From: Pocillopora damicornis
Lineage: Eukaryota
Assembly: GCF_003704095.1 (NCBI RefSeq)
Contig: NW_020843402.1
Coordinates: 372,001-436,000 of the forward strand
DNA length: 64,000 nucleotides
Direction of reading: 5' to 3'
Made by a program: the position numbers and the translations under genes. The notes beneath the pieces are model-generated. The model did no database searches. It saw nothing but the letters and a program-made list of their open reading frames with translations, and was not told where the DNA came from. This document shows positions 12,067-24,974 of the stretch, in pieces (position 1 is the first letter of the stretch; each line of letters begins with the position of its first letter).

Positions 12067-12462
12067 AAATATTGTGTGATTTAGAAGTGTGAGCCAAAAG
12101 CGTAATTTAGACAAAGGGAAATTATCATTACATAATTTGGAAGTGTGTGTGAGATATTCCATGTATGATAAGTCCTTAGATAATCTTTTTCAAGACTCTG
12201 TCTGAGGAAAAATAATAGACAACTTTATTCAAGAAGCTGTGCTAAAATTAAATGATAAAACGCAGACCACGGTGTCTTAAGAATATTACTCAACTTAATT
12301 TTTAAATATCCCCATAGGAAATCAAAAGTAAATTCATGACATAATGTTTTAAACAAATCTGCAAACTGTATCGCTGTAATTAAATCCCTCGTTCATATAT
12401 ATTCAGTGCGCCATTGACTTAAATCCAGTTTCTTCTGCTGGAAGGCCACCAGCTTCAACTAG

Positions 12463-13470
12463 TTAACTTTTCTCTTTTCTGCCACAGAAGAATCTCCCGA
12501 GAGAAAACATCCACAATTTACGCAGGGCTTGACGGAAATTCGTGCTGAATGCAAATAAAATAATTGGATTAATTACTGAACTTAGCGACGGAAACACAAA
12601 ATAAGCGAACCCAAGAATCCACTTGCATTTGTCTTTGACGAAAAGTTCAGGAAATGTCATCTTGAGAATCAAATAAACGAAAAAGGAAGAAAAAGAAATG
12701 AAAAACATAACAACGATTGATTTGAATATCTTCAAAATGTTTCGGTTTTGCTCATTTCTCCGATATTGATAAGAACTGCTGTCTCTCGCACCAGTTCCTG
12801 GTTTAATCCTTTTTTGCAAAACACTCATAACCCGCGAGTAAAGAATGACAATGGCAATAATTGGTGCGATCTCAAACAACGCCAAACCAGTAATATAATA
12901 TATCATGAGAGCACTGCTATTCCATGCAAATTTGCAATAAGTTTCTTGACCAAAGTCTTCGGCTCTGGAATAATACAGCATCGGGAAGCAGTATGCCATT
13001 GATATCGTCCATGTCGCAAACAGCAGAAATGTTCTGACTTTCCCAGTGACCAACGTTGATTTTAATGGGAACACGGTAGCGATGAATCTATCCACAGCGA
13101 TCAACACCAGGCTCAGTATTGACACAATAACTGACGTCATTCTGAAAAATACTCCCACTTTGCAACCAGCAGTGGCCAGAGACCCTTTAAACAGACTTCC
13201 TCTGCTCGTTATGATCTCGTTTGAAAGATAAAGCGGCCAAATGGTGAGGCTTGAGAGAAGATCAGAAATGGCCATGTTGACGTAGTAGTAATTAGTACTT
13301 GTCCTAAGGCTTCGAGTTTTGTACACTGCAACGATCACCAGAATATTTCCAAGTACAGCAACCATGCTTAGGAAAGCCGTAGATGTTGTGAAAAATATAG
13401 AAATAGTGTCAGGGCATGGTGAATCACTATCACTGAAATTCATCATCGTATGGCTGTAGTTGTTTGTCAT
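12463..13470 (-). CDS. Rhodopsin-class orphan GPCR, intronless CDS, paralog 2
   Basis: 335 aa; GNILV, RTSTNYYYVNMAISDL, C..DRF, ETYC in ECL2, INPIILFAFSTNFR. TM6 CWxP is replaced by SFSS. Confidence 0.93.
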   Translation of the reverse strand: MTNNYSHTMMNFSDSDSPCPDTISIFFTTSTAFLSMVAVLGNILVIVAVYKTRSLRTSTNYYYVNMAISDLLSSLTIWPLYLSNEIITSRGSLFKGSLATAGCKVGVFFRMTSVIVSILSLVLIAVDRFIATVFPLKSTLVTGKVRTFLLFATWTISMAYCFPMLYYSRAEDFGQETYCKFAWNSSALMIYYITGLALFEIAPIIAIVILYSRVMSVLQKRIKPGTGARDSSSYQYRRNEQNRNILKIFKSIVVMFFISFSSFFVYLILKMTFPELFVKDKCKWILGFAYFVFPSLSSVINPIILFAFSTNFRQALRKLWMFSLGRFFCGRKEKS

Positions 13471-16280
13471 GATAAGCTCAGTCTTCTGGAAAATGTTTTG
13501 TTTGTTTGTTGTAAACCGCTCTGTTGGATGGCTTCAAAATTAGTCCCACTTGACTGAAAAAGTTAAGACGCATTTATAAGCTTAAATATAACCCAGATAT
13601 CAATAAGCTGCTTGAAAAAAAAACTTTTTCTCGTTGTAATTTGTAAATGTCATAAATCAAAAGTTCAGGAGATAAAATTGGGATTTTTAACCCAACATTA
13701 AGCATTACATGAATAGTAAAATGGCAGTCCATGCCTACACCTGCAAGAAAATATATTTCTGTTAGAGGATGTTTTCAACAAAACGATTAACCTGCGAAAG
13801 GTAACCTTGATTCCTTCTAAAAGCAATGTAGAGAATCGTGGTGTTTCCAGTTCTTTCTGCAGTTTTTGTATACGGGAAATTTCTAGGACATCACGAAGGA
13901 CGTCCACCATGGAGCAGAACGGCTAACTTTCTGCCTCGCAAACTACATCGCGGCAAACGTTTCTTGAAAACTTACTTCACGAACTTCAGAAATGGACAAA
14001 ATAATAAAGGCCGAAATAAATGTTCATTAATTTTGGTCACCATATCCGCATGTTATGTTTGGGGATTATTTATGGCAAATATCCACAGTAAATTGCACAA
14101 TATATTTGAACGGGAACTGCGACAAACTTGCGAATGAGTTTTAATGACCATTGCGAGATAACGAGCACATCGACATTGTCAAATAGTTTTGGGCCATTGA
14201 ACCATAGCAAACTGTAAGAAACGTGAAAGAAATATTGATGTTATTGCTAGATATAATTTGGGCTTTAACTGCAATTAAAACTCCAAAACGTTTGACCTAC
14301 GTGAACCATTGAGCGAGTGCAATATTTTAACGCAAATTAAATTTGTCGCAAACATAATGTACATAACACGTTCTTCGATTTTTTTTCTATTCGCTTAAAA
14401 ATGATAACATTCCAAGGATCAACATCCTGTTACGTATTGATTTAACACACGGGATAAGGCTACAGAAAATGTAAAGAAATCTTACCTCAGTTATAACACT
14501 GAGATATTTCGTGATCAAAAGAACTCTAGCAAACAGTTATTGCATTAATTAGGTTAGATTCTTAAGTCACGTTTGCGTCTCTAACACCCTAAAGAATGGC
14601 TTTATCCATGTTTTCATTTTTCCTGTAGGACTGCCTTTGTACAAAAAGATAAAAAATGAAATGTTATTTAACTGAAACTCTTTTAAAGCTGGAACTTTTT
14701 TTTGGTTGAGAGGAAATACTGAATTTTCAGTCCTACACCTAATGCACCTGCTCATATTTTCAGCGGACAATTTTCTAAGAATCGATATTTCACTATGGTG
14801 TGTCAACAAGGACAAACATGAAACTTATGAGTAACCAAAAATTGGCATTTAATTGAATTCGCAGAAAAAGAAAACAGAGCTGTGAACTGATATACAAATT
14901 AAATATATAGGAAAAAGGCAACGTCGAGACGAAATCTCTTATTCAAAGAAAAAATATCTCCCAAATTGATGCTCTCTCATGTCAAGTTCGTACAAATTGT
15001 GACTTACCGCTTACTTACAGCTTAACCGAATGATGTATTGATATCAATCCGCAAAACTTGAGGCGCAAAAGAACGAGAATATTGACACCTCTGTATATGG
15101 TTCGAAATACAAATGAAATTGTCAGCCAATTCTCGTCATGTTATTGGATGTATGAATGTGTGCACGATTAAGAACAAACAAATTGACAGGGAGTCCGCAT
15201 TATGAATAATTTTTAGCTCTGTCATTTAAAACCATAACAGGTCCAATATCCTCATGCTACAAAGTAAAACTTACTTCTACTTTATATTGCATTAGGTATA
15301 TATTTGAAGGACTTTGTTTTTCGCAAACGACTCTTAACTCATTTGGATCAGAAAAAAGTGGAAATAAATAAGATAACTGCACTAAGATGTATATGTTATT
15401 GTGCTGTGGGAAAAAAAATGACATCAAGTGAGCATTAACGGCTGCTCTGTGGAGAGGAAACATTTTGGTTAGGTTACTCAGTCACGTCAAAGTCACAACA
15501 ACTAAACGCTCTCAGCTGTACTGAGCTCACAGGTATCACATCATAAGCTTGATGTTGAGACAATGAAAGATGCTACTTTTCATTTTCTGTGGTTCTTTTC
15601 TTACGATTTCTTTCCTCAAGAGAACACAAGAATACATGTCATTACCTCGTTATCTCTGAACAAACTTATTGATCACTGTCATTTGACATCTGTTATAAAA
15701 TGTGATTAGGATGTTGTTGCCTGATGGGAAAGAGGTTTTGAAAATGTCTATGCAAAAATACTTTTTTGAAAACGGGTTTCCTGTTTACGTTCTACCCAGT
15801 ACCTTTTCCTTTTAGGCAGGAGTGATTAAGTTAGGGTTGAGATGGAATACGTAAACGTAATTCATTTTATTTATTTGACATCTTAACAATTCTAAATACA
15901 AAAGTATATCCCTAACATAAAGAGACATGATTTTGACATTAAATGTTTTACAAGCATTATCGGATTCAGGCCGACCACTTCTTATTTCGTAAGATTTCCC
16001 GGCTGATACTGGAAAACTAAGTTATTAACTTTAAGACTGATCATTATTCACTGTATCATGGTTGTAATTAACAATAATAACACGCCAAATTGAAGTCGAC
16101 TTTTTATACATTTTATTTCATTGCGCAATGTTTTGCAATCCTTGTAAGATTGAGAAGTTTCCATTCTCTTTTTTGAACTACAGCTTTTTGTTGCTGAATT
16201 GTTGCAATCTCGTGGCTTTTCTGCTATGACCAGTTATTTATTATCAGTGTTTTTCCAAATCCGTCAAATATGAGAGACAT

Positions 16281-17342
16281 CTAGCTTAACTCTGCCTTAC
16301 CAACATGATCTATTTCAACTGATCCAACCCTATTCTTGGGTATGCACAGAAACCGGCGACATTTATTGAAATCAAGAAAAGGAATACGAAAGCTTTTCAT
16401 CGCCTGTCGAAATTTTGAACTAAACTGGAAAAGGATAACAGGATTGACTGCTGTGCTGAATGACGGAAAGACGTAGAAAAACAAACCTAGGAGTAAGAAG
16501 CATTTATCTTGAAGAAACAACCCTGAATGAAACATTTTTAATGCCAAATAAATGCAAAGTGGTGTCCAACAAGTAAAGAAGCTGGCAACAATTGATGTTA
16601 AGATTTTCATTAATTTCCGATGTTGATCTCGTCTTCTTCTGATATGCTTTTCTTGGACTGAGTTTCCTATGTTTGGACGATTTTTAAGTGTCTTTGTGAT
16701 GTGAGTATAGAGAATGGTTATACCAGCAAGAGGCATGCAATAAAATATAACAAATCCAACAGCATTAAAAATTATGTGAGCTGATGCACTCCAAACTACT
16801 CTACAGAATGTTTGGTTATTTACCTTCACAATTTCAGCGAACGTGTAATATGGGTAAGCAAAGCAAACAGGAATGATCCAAGAAAACAACAGTAAAATAA
16901 CTCGAAATTTGCCATTACTCATTACCGTTATCTTTACTGGGTGAACGATAGCCGCATATCTGTCGACGGATGTTAGAACCAAGCATAACACGGACACTAT
17001 TTGTGAAATTGCCCTGAAGCAAATTCCCAGTTTACAGAGAATTAAGGCAGAGTGTTGGTTGAAGAACTCAGCTCTTGTCAGCATTCCTTCAACTGCATAA
17101 AGTGGCCAGCTAAAACATGCACAAATGAGGTCAGACATGGCCATGTTGATTATATAATAATTAGTCCTCGTCCTCAGGTTGGGAGTTTTGAAAAAACTTG
17201 CAATGATGAGAACGTTGCCAATCAGAGCCGCGAGTGTGACCATGGATATAATAACTATAAATAGCGTGGACACCACGTTAGAACAGGGTTGGCTTGGACT
17301 GGGGTGACTCAAAGTAGGCGTAGAAAAACTGGAAATATTCAT
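16281..17342 (-). CDS. Rhodopsin-class orphan GPCR, intronless CDS, paralog 3
   Basis: Start MNISS at 17342; GNVLI, NMAMSDL, DRY, FYCMP, FFTCWTP, VNPVILF. Confidence 0.93.
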   Translation of the reverse strand: MNISSFSTPTLSHPSPSQPCSNVVSTLFIVIISMVTLAALIGNVLIIASFFKTPNLRTRTNYYIINMAMSDLICACFSWPLYAVEGMLTRAEFFNQHSALILCKLGICFRAISQIVSVLCLVLTSVDRYAAIVHPVKITVMSNGKFRVILLLFSWIIPVCFAYPYYTFAEIVKVNNQTFCRVVWSASAHIIFNAVGFVIFYCMPLAGITILYTHITKTLKNRPNIGNSVQEKHIRRRRDQHRKLMKILTSIVASFFTCWTPLCIYLALKMFHSGLFLQDKCFLLLGLFFYVFPSFSTAVNPVILFQFSSKFRQAMKSFRIPFLDFNKCRRFLCIPKNRVGSVEIDHVGKAELS

Positions 17343-19550
17343 TGCTACACGTTTCGCAAAGAATTGTGACGATGCTGAACTGTGGGAACAACAAAGAAAA
17401 CGTACAAATGAATTAATTACAAAAGGAAGATAAAACAAGTCTTTAGATAGAATAAGAGAGATGGCAAGTTTTGAGCTCGGTAAACGATCATTTCAAAGTG
17501 CGACAGAACCTCGCTAGCTAACATCTACCGTTTTTCTACGCCATTGTATCATTAAGGAGAAAAAAGATGTCACACTTCGAACTTACACCAAGTACGTTAA
17601 GAGTTACAAAATGCGACAATCTTCTCAAACAAAGTGCAACCGAATGACTGTTGAGGTGACGATCGAACTAACTAAAGTCAAGACTGTCCGATCTTACAAA
17701 TAGCCAAGTTTCAGAGGTCACCTACTGAAAACCGATTGCCAGATTGCGTTACATTAATCAAGAAGCAGTACGATCAAGTATACAACCAACTTTAGATGAA
17801 CCAAAGTCTAAAATAACGATGTCGCCCTTTTTCGTAGTTCATTTAGCAACTACATAACGCTTCTTATTAATTTTAACCCTCGTTTTCATGACATATCCTC
17901 TAAAGATAATACAAAACTAAAGGCACCCACCTCATCACAGTCGTCTGTTATCTTAGCCGGGAGATTTCGACGCGAAGTGACTCAACATCTTTTTGTAAAT
18001 CACGTTTCCCCGATGTATTTATATCTTACACCAGCGATATTTGTCTTTCTATTATCATATAACATTTTCCTTTTTTAACAGTGTCATAAAAATTAGCATA
18101 TTTCCTTGCTTCCCTCTCAGCTATCAATCATCAAGGGAATACATTTATTTAACTGATTGGTTTTTTTTCTAGTTGTGAGGAGTCTCTTTTCATAATTGCT
18201 TTACGATTGCTTTCGCTTTTCGCTTTAGTTGTGAGAATAATAGGAAAAGGTTTTCATTCTTTAACAAATAATAGGTCATTTGAACTGAATAAAAGGAAAT
18301 TAAAAGGGGTCGAAAGTAAACTCATCATACCTGTCACCTCAAGAGAGTTTTCAAAGCTTTGAACAAACGCGTATTAAGAAATTGAATGTGAAAAAATGAA
18401 AAGAAAATTGCCTCTGCTCTTCCAAAAGCTGAACCAACAACAGCAGCAAGCGCAATTTTACTGTATGTCAATTTTAATTTTCTTAATTGGCCATTAACAT
18501 TTTCCATGCTTACTCATACGACAACATCATATTTTGATCACGCACAACTTCGCATATCGTCATCAGAGCTAAAATTGCAGGCGAAAATGCTTTTAAAGGA
18601 CATCTTGAACTGGTTTTCACTATCGTTCCTAGAACTGAGTCTAACAGGAAGTCTTTACATGTGAAATAGTTGTTTGCTATCCACCATTTTTATACCTGAA
18701 ATTTATATACTATTATTTGATGGCCGATGTTTTTTTTTTCTTCTGCCACGGGAATCGTAACATTAAATGAAACGAGGGGGTTTAGGTAGAACTTCTTGCT
18801 TCGCCAGGAAGATTTCAAACGAAAAACGAGGTAACGAGAAACAGGAGAAGGAAGGAGACAACGGAAGTAGGTAACACTAAACAAACAAGAATCATGACAA
18901 CGAATAAGTGAGGGAAAACTAACAGGTATTGAAAACCGTCCAAAAAATGTGACGAGTTTCGTGTTGTTTAAACTGATAAGGAAGTTGTTTTCATTTATGA
19001 TACACAGTAGTTGTCTGTTACGTGATTCTGGGTATTTTTCGATCCCTGTGGATTACTGAGCTTACTGCACGTTTGTGAACCTGAAACAGGCAAAAATATT
19101 GGACTATTAATAGCTAGTTATAGTTCGCAAGTTTTAAGCTAATCAGAGTAAAGCTCTCGTAACAGATCACACTCTATTGTTCATGGCGTGGGGCCTATGT
19201 CTAAGAGCGCTATCGTAAGCTATCTGCTATAGTTAATACCTCTTTTTTGAGTTCCCGATATTGGTGGCTTACGAGAGCTTAAACCATCTTTTTTCCTATT
19301 ACATTAAGAACTGGGATTTGGGATTTGAATTACTTCAGACTGGTAAAAAAATGGCGAATATAGCAATAACGGAGAGCAATTTGGATATATATTTGACCAT
19401 ATGTGTATTTGCATAAGAACACGTAAATTAATTAAATACAAATTTTATAGTACTCAGACCGAAGCCACAAACACGAGGATTTGTCAAGAGTCTGTCTCTA
19501 TGTGTTACTCCCTTTCTTTTCTGATTTTGGATTTTCTTAACATCGTAGTT

Positions 19551-20582
19551 CTACAGTCTCGATTCATAGGAAATGGTGTTGTTCTTCGATGAGCGCGTCC
19601 TCCTTCTTGACAAATATGACAGACGGCCTTTCAAGACTTTGCAAAGAATTAAGTCGTTCAGTGCCCTACGGTAGTTTGAACTAAGCAGGAGAAGGATGAC
19701 AGGGTTTATGGCGGTGCTTAAAGATGGAAGAACATAGAAGAGAGCGCCAACAAATATCAGACAAACGTCTTTCGGGAAGAGTTCTGGATGAAACATCTTC
19801 AAAGCCAGATAAACAATGAGGGGAGTCCAACAAATAAAAAAGCCTGCAACGATTATTATCACGAATTTTATGACCTTCTCGTTCTGTTTCTTCCTTTTGT
19901 CATAAATTTTACTTGGCAAATTTTCTTCTAAAGAAACTGGACGTTTCCGTAATGTCTTGATTGTCAGAGTGTAAAATATGATTATTGCAAGGAGTGGACC
20001 ACAGTAGAAAATAACAAACCCAACGCCGATGTAGATTGCGTTCAGTGATTTGCTCCAAACAGTTCGGCAAAATACTGGTCCGTTCAGTTTAACAACCCTT
20101 GTGTAGAATAAGTAAGGAAGACCACAAACAACTGGTAAAATCCAAGAAAACAGCAAAATTAGGCGGACGTTTCTCCTGCACAGCATCGTAGTCTTCAGAG
20201 GGAGAGCAATAGCGGCGTATCTGTTCACAGAAATTAGAACCAAGCTCAAGACAGACACAATTTGTGATATTCCTCTGAAGTACAATCCTAGTTTACAAAC
20301 GACTGACGCGAAAGGCTCAGTGATAAACTCTGACCCGGTCAGCATTCCTTCGGTTGCGTACAGCGGCCAGTTGAAGCATGCGCAAATAAGGTCGGACACC
20401 GCCATGTTGACAAGGTAGTAGTAGTTAGTGCTTGTTCTTAAGCTTCGTGTTTTGTAAAAGGTAACAATTACAAGACTGTTACCAATTAAAGCTCCTAAGC
20501 TGATGATGGATAAAAGTACTGTAAAGAGCGTTGATGCCATTTGAGAGCAAAGCCCTTCTCGTTGAACCGTAGTGTTGTTCAT
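19551..20582 (-). CDS. Rhodopsin-class orphan GPCR, intronless CDS, paralog 4
   Basis: 343 aa; GNSLV, NMAVSDL, NRY (for DRY), FYCGP, FFICWTP, INPVILL. Confidence 0.93.
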   Translation of the reverse strand: MNNTTVQREGLCSQMASTLFTVLLSIISLGALIGNSLVIVTFYKTRSLRTSTNYYYLVNMAVSDLICACFNWPLYATEGMLTGSEFITEPFASVVCKLGLYFRGISQIVSVLSLVLISVNRYAAIALPLKTTMLCRRNVRLILLFSWILPVVCGLPYLFYTRVVKLNGPVFCRTVWSKSLNAIYIGVGFVIFYCGPLLAIIIFYTLTIKTLRKRPVSLEENLPSKIYDKRKKQNEKVIKFVIIIVAGFFICWTPLIVYLALKMFHPELFPKDVCLIFVGALFYVLPSLSTAINPVILLLLSSNYRRALNDLILCKVLKGRLSYLSRRRTRSSKNNTISYESRL

Positions 20583-21009
20583 GATTTGTTTACTAATATT
20601 CAGGCTGAATTTTCAGGTGTACTTGACACTTTGAGGTTCTTACAGTGACCTGTAACTCAACGCAAGATTTCTATATAAGTATAGGTTACAAAAAATTGAT
20701 AGCGAACTATTCCTCAAGAGATTTTTTGGTTTTATCAACTGAGTTAGTTGGTGATGTAAATTAGCCACGGTAAAGAGGAGTTTTAGAAACTCTTTACGGT
20801 GGCCAACCATACATTATCTTGTATTGTCCCCCGACGCGTGATTGTTGCGTTTGAGGTGAAAGTCATATTACTTGACTACCTAACAAATCATACGTCATCG
20901 TTTGTATCAATTCATTTAGTATTTGCATTATTTTTAAATTCTCAGTCCCTAGTATTTAGATCAGACTTAATTAGCATAGGTGATTAAAATGTTTTGAGTG
21001 CAATAAAGG

Positions 21010-21110
21010 TTTGTTTTTTTTCGTCTTGTCACGAGCGTGGGCTTATTGAAGATCTGAGTTCTCGCGAGGAATCGAACCTAAGATGTTTGGATGCTCTGCT
21101 CTGCGCTTCT
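21010..21110 (-). mobile_element. tRNA-derived SINE 5' remnant
   Basis: gaggaatcgaacc is a reversed Pol III B-box (GGTTCGATTCCTC). Flanking tttcgtc...agcgtgg...tgagt is shared with the copy at 31535-31750. Confidence 0.5.
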
Positions 21111-22158
21111 CTTTCCTTAGCTCGTATATTCAGAGTTTTCACGAATAAATCATTCGATTATTTGCAAGTGTTATAATCCGACTAATTTAAACGTCTTGCA
21201 ATCAACTTCATCTTTCTGCATTGTTTAAGCATGCCAAGAATTTTGCACGGTTATTATCTTTACCTCTCGATAAATTTCGAAACTTAAACGTATACGAATA
21301 ATATCAAAGAAACAAATGTTTTGTTATTTGAAATACAGTAATGAAAACCGAGAAGGATCCTTGACAACCTGACAACTACGGTAAAGAATTGCAGAAAAAA
21401 AACTGCTCATGCTAATTTGTATCTCATGAATACCAATAGCTCTCTTTTGATGCTGCGAGTTCGTTCGTTTAATTTTCTGTAATTTCACACTAAAGTGTGG
21501 ATTATTTCCGGACCAGATGGTTAGGTTACATGGGTCTATAAGCTTGTAAGTTATATATCATTCGCCACAACCATTACTCCACGTAGAGCTACTTTTCAAG
21601 TTCTTAAATTCACGCATCGACTTTTCTTTCACACAAACATAAAATATTAACACACGTTCAAATGTTTATAAATTTGAAAGCAACGAATCTCAGGTTTGCT
21701 CTCTTGTACTTTTGGGAATATACAGAAACGCTTTGCAGCTAAAAAGGTCCAGTGCTAACCGTGAGACGATCGAGCCACAAACGAACAGCATCGATCCAAT
21801 GAGGAGGTAAAGGAGTTAACTTTCAATTTTTCGAATAACTTAATATGGGGAATTAATTACCTTACGTGGAAAGAAATCATGAAATGTTCGGTTATTGGGT
21901 CAAACAAATAGGAGAGAAGATAATCGAGGATAGGGAGGATTGGCATAAATTGCAAATTTGTTCGGCTTTTCGGTGATTCACAGAGATCTTTACTCCACAA
22001 GTTTCCTTGTAACAAATATGTGCACCATGAGATGAAATATTTAAATTACTCTTGATGCTGTTGAGGGTACACTTTTAATTTGAACCTAAACCAGAGTCTA
22101 ATCAGCAAACATATCATTTGGTAACACGGTGTCAGTTCAACTGAGTTCACTGAGACTT

Positions 22159-22580
22159 GATCATGATCGACCAACTGCAACGTTTGCAGGTGCATGTCCT
22201 CTAAAGGTAAAATTCCTGCTTAAGAGCATCACAGCTTGCAATAATAATATTATCATGGATGAACTGTCGTTTATGGAACCACAGTAACAGGTGAAACTCC
22301 CCGCTCTACTTTATGATTTAAATCTCAAGAAACTTTTCAAATCAGGTAACCACAAGACGCTAAGAAAGAAGGAAACATTATACCCTTACTACATGGTCCC
22401 GAGGGAAACAGTTACTTTCGTTTTCCTGTGAGTCCTGATGTTTTTTTGAGTAAAAGTCTAGGTATATAACAATTTTACATAACAATTAAAGCCTAATTTG
22501 CAACCTGTGATGCTTTACAGCAAGAATTTTACCTTCAGAGGACATGCACCCGCGAACGCTACAGTTGGTTAATCATGATC
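22159..22580. mobile_element. Foldback/MITE-like element with ~80 bp imperfect inverted repeats
   Basis: 22159-22241 gatcatgatcgaccaactgcaacgtttgcaggtgcatgtcctctaaaggtaaaattc...agcatcacagcttgcaa is the reverse complement of 22498-22580. Confidence 0.8.
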
Positions 22581-23772
22581 CATGATTTGTTTCATGTACC
22601 TTGATAATTAACAGAAAAAAAGGAATTTACAAAGTTACGAATGGAGTTTTAAGTTAAAAAGTGAAGCTTCAGTCGTCGAACAGTTATCTACGTGTCTTTA
22701 ACCCGCCACTTTAGTCGGCTTGCACCGCATACGAACGCAAATGGATCCTGTCAAGTTGGGCGGCACGAAACAACACTGAATATAATAATCATGATTTAGT
22801 TAGTTAGTGACAAAATTAATTTCAAAAAATTAAAAAGCTTACAAGGGAACTGAAGCCAATCTTATTATACTGTTGTCCTGCTTCACTGCGATTAATAAGA
22901 GTGACGGGGCGATTTAAGTTGTTCTCGTCTCTTGCAAAAGTAGGATGTCCATAAAGTATATCTGCTGCACTTGAAACAGATGTAAATTTTTGCGCTCAGT
23001 CAAGTAATCTTTACCTGGACATATTTGCATATCTGATTACTTGCAATAAACGGTGTTAACAGGGACGTGATAAATTTTCAAAAGTCCTTTTTAATTCAAG
23101 TTCATCCGTTTACCGCCAGCAAAAAAAGGTTAAATCACTGGTGTTACCTTCTATCGTAAGCAGGATATTTTTATTTCCTCTTCTTTTTTTCCCACGTCAC
23201 TGATTACCCATGCAATATGTGTTCACAAGTGTGGGAAATGAAGGTAAGGTGTAACCTCCAGGTAATTTTAGTTCAAATTTGTCGGCCAAGAAGGAAGTTC
23301 AAAATGTTTTTGTCATCTTATCACTCTAGCGTGGCGTACAATTTTCTACACGTTTTGTTCCAAATACGTCATTAACCTTCCGCTACTTATGAAGGTGAAA
23401 ATTAGAGGTTATTTTTAGTCTCTTTTTCATTCTTACAACTTTCTGAGCTGAGAGAGAACCTTGTAATGTTGTTATCTAATTTCTTAAGCTCTGTATACAA
23501 TTTCCTCCTCGTTTTGTTCGAAGAGATCGCCTATCCGACTTGCAAGTGTTGCAGATTTAGTAACTGATCAGGTAAAGGTGTGAAATGGAGGACATTTCAA
23601 TCTGACATAATTTTGCCGATGTATTTTGTAGTGAAGTGTAAATTGGTATGTCAATACATCCTCTCTTGATTCCGGCGTAGCATAACTACAAGCCACCTTA
23701 GCCTGCAGGTAGGGGCCACGGCAACACTACGGTCAAACGTGTGCACATGAGTGAACTTTACGACAGCTACGT

Positions 23773-24974
23773 GAGTATAATTTTACAGGCTAATAACATT
23801 CACTGCTTAATTACACGCAATATTAGAATCAGAGAACATAAACTAAGGTTTTTTCACAGGCAACGTTGCCAGGCCATAGCTTACAGTCATCTAGAGTGCA
23901 TAGTCTCGCTAATGGTTCAGGTCGTTCTCTTTCCTTATCTTTTCTGTCTTTCCTGCTCCCTTTGCCTTTTCCTTTTCTGGCACAAACCATGGTTAGGGTA
24001 AGTGCGAGAAAAATGACTTGCACCCAGAAGAATTACGTGATGTTTACTCTCAGAAGTTGGGAAAGCAAATTTTAGGATACGAAAACTAGTTCCAACCAAG
24101 TATCATAAACAAATATCAGCAATACCAGCCCCAGAATGACTTCTATAACCTCGTAGTTTATCATTCTACAGTGTACAGAATGTCTTTATAGAATGTCTTA
24201 CATCTTGTTTTGATCAAGAGATCTTCTCTTAGTTTTGAATTAAATTTTCTTCTCTTAAACATGTGACTTGAATTTGATGTAAAATATTGGTGCGGGATAA
24301 CTCTGTGTAAAGGCTTCTAAGACGAATTGAGATCTGAAAAAACTAAATTTCCGAGTTGAAGTTCGATAACAGTTCTTGCATTTTTGTTCAATATTATAAC
24401 ACTAAGTTGGCGCAGAAACACTAATTGTCGGCTTTAATTTTCGAGTAGATTTTCAGAGAGAAGCTGCGAACAAATGAGAGACAAACGTAGGCTGAACTAT
24501 AGCGCTGAATCAAGAATTCTAACACATCTTTTCATAAGTTGTAAAGTCCTTATAATGGCGTTGTAATCCCAGAGGTACAACTGAGCCAGATATGTCAACT
24601 GCAGTCTTTTCTTTTACGTAACATTTCAAAAAGCGCTACATTGATATCGTCTAAAAATTGACGCGTGATGTCATTAGAATGATTGTAATTAGCACCATTT
24701 ACTGCCTGCAGTTTCATTTTTGACGTTTTCGACAGCTACGCCCTGCAGGTTAAGTTTTGTCTTGGGGTTTGAACGTCAAATATCGCACGTCTAGAAGTGC
24801 TTTTACGTCAAGTGTCAAACCGTTGTTAATCATCCAAGTAAATAAGTTTTTTTTCCCCTAAATATTTCCTCAGGTCTAAGGAGTATAATTTACAGGCTAT
24901 AACATTCACTGCCTAATTACACGCAATATTAGAATCAGAGAACATAAACTAAGGTTTTTTCACAGGCAACGTTG
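23773..24974 (+). repeat. ~95 bp near-identical direct repeat (23773-23868 and 24881-24974)
   Basis: gagtataattt(t)acaggcta(a)taacattcactgc.taattacacgcaatattagaatcagagaacataaactaaggttttttcacaggcaacgttg occurs twice, 1.1 kb apart. Confidence 0.92.
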
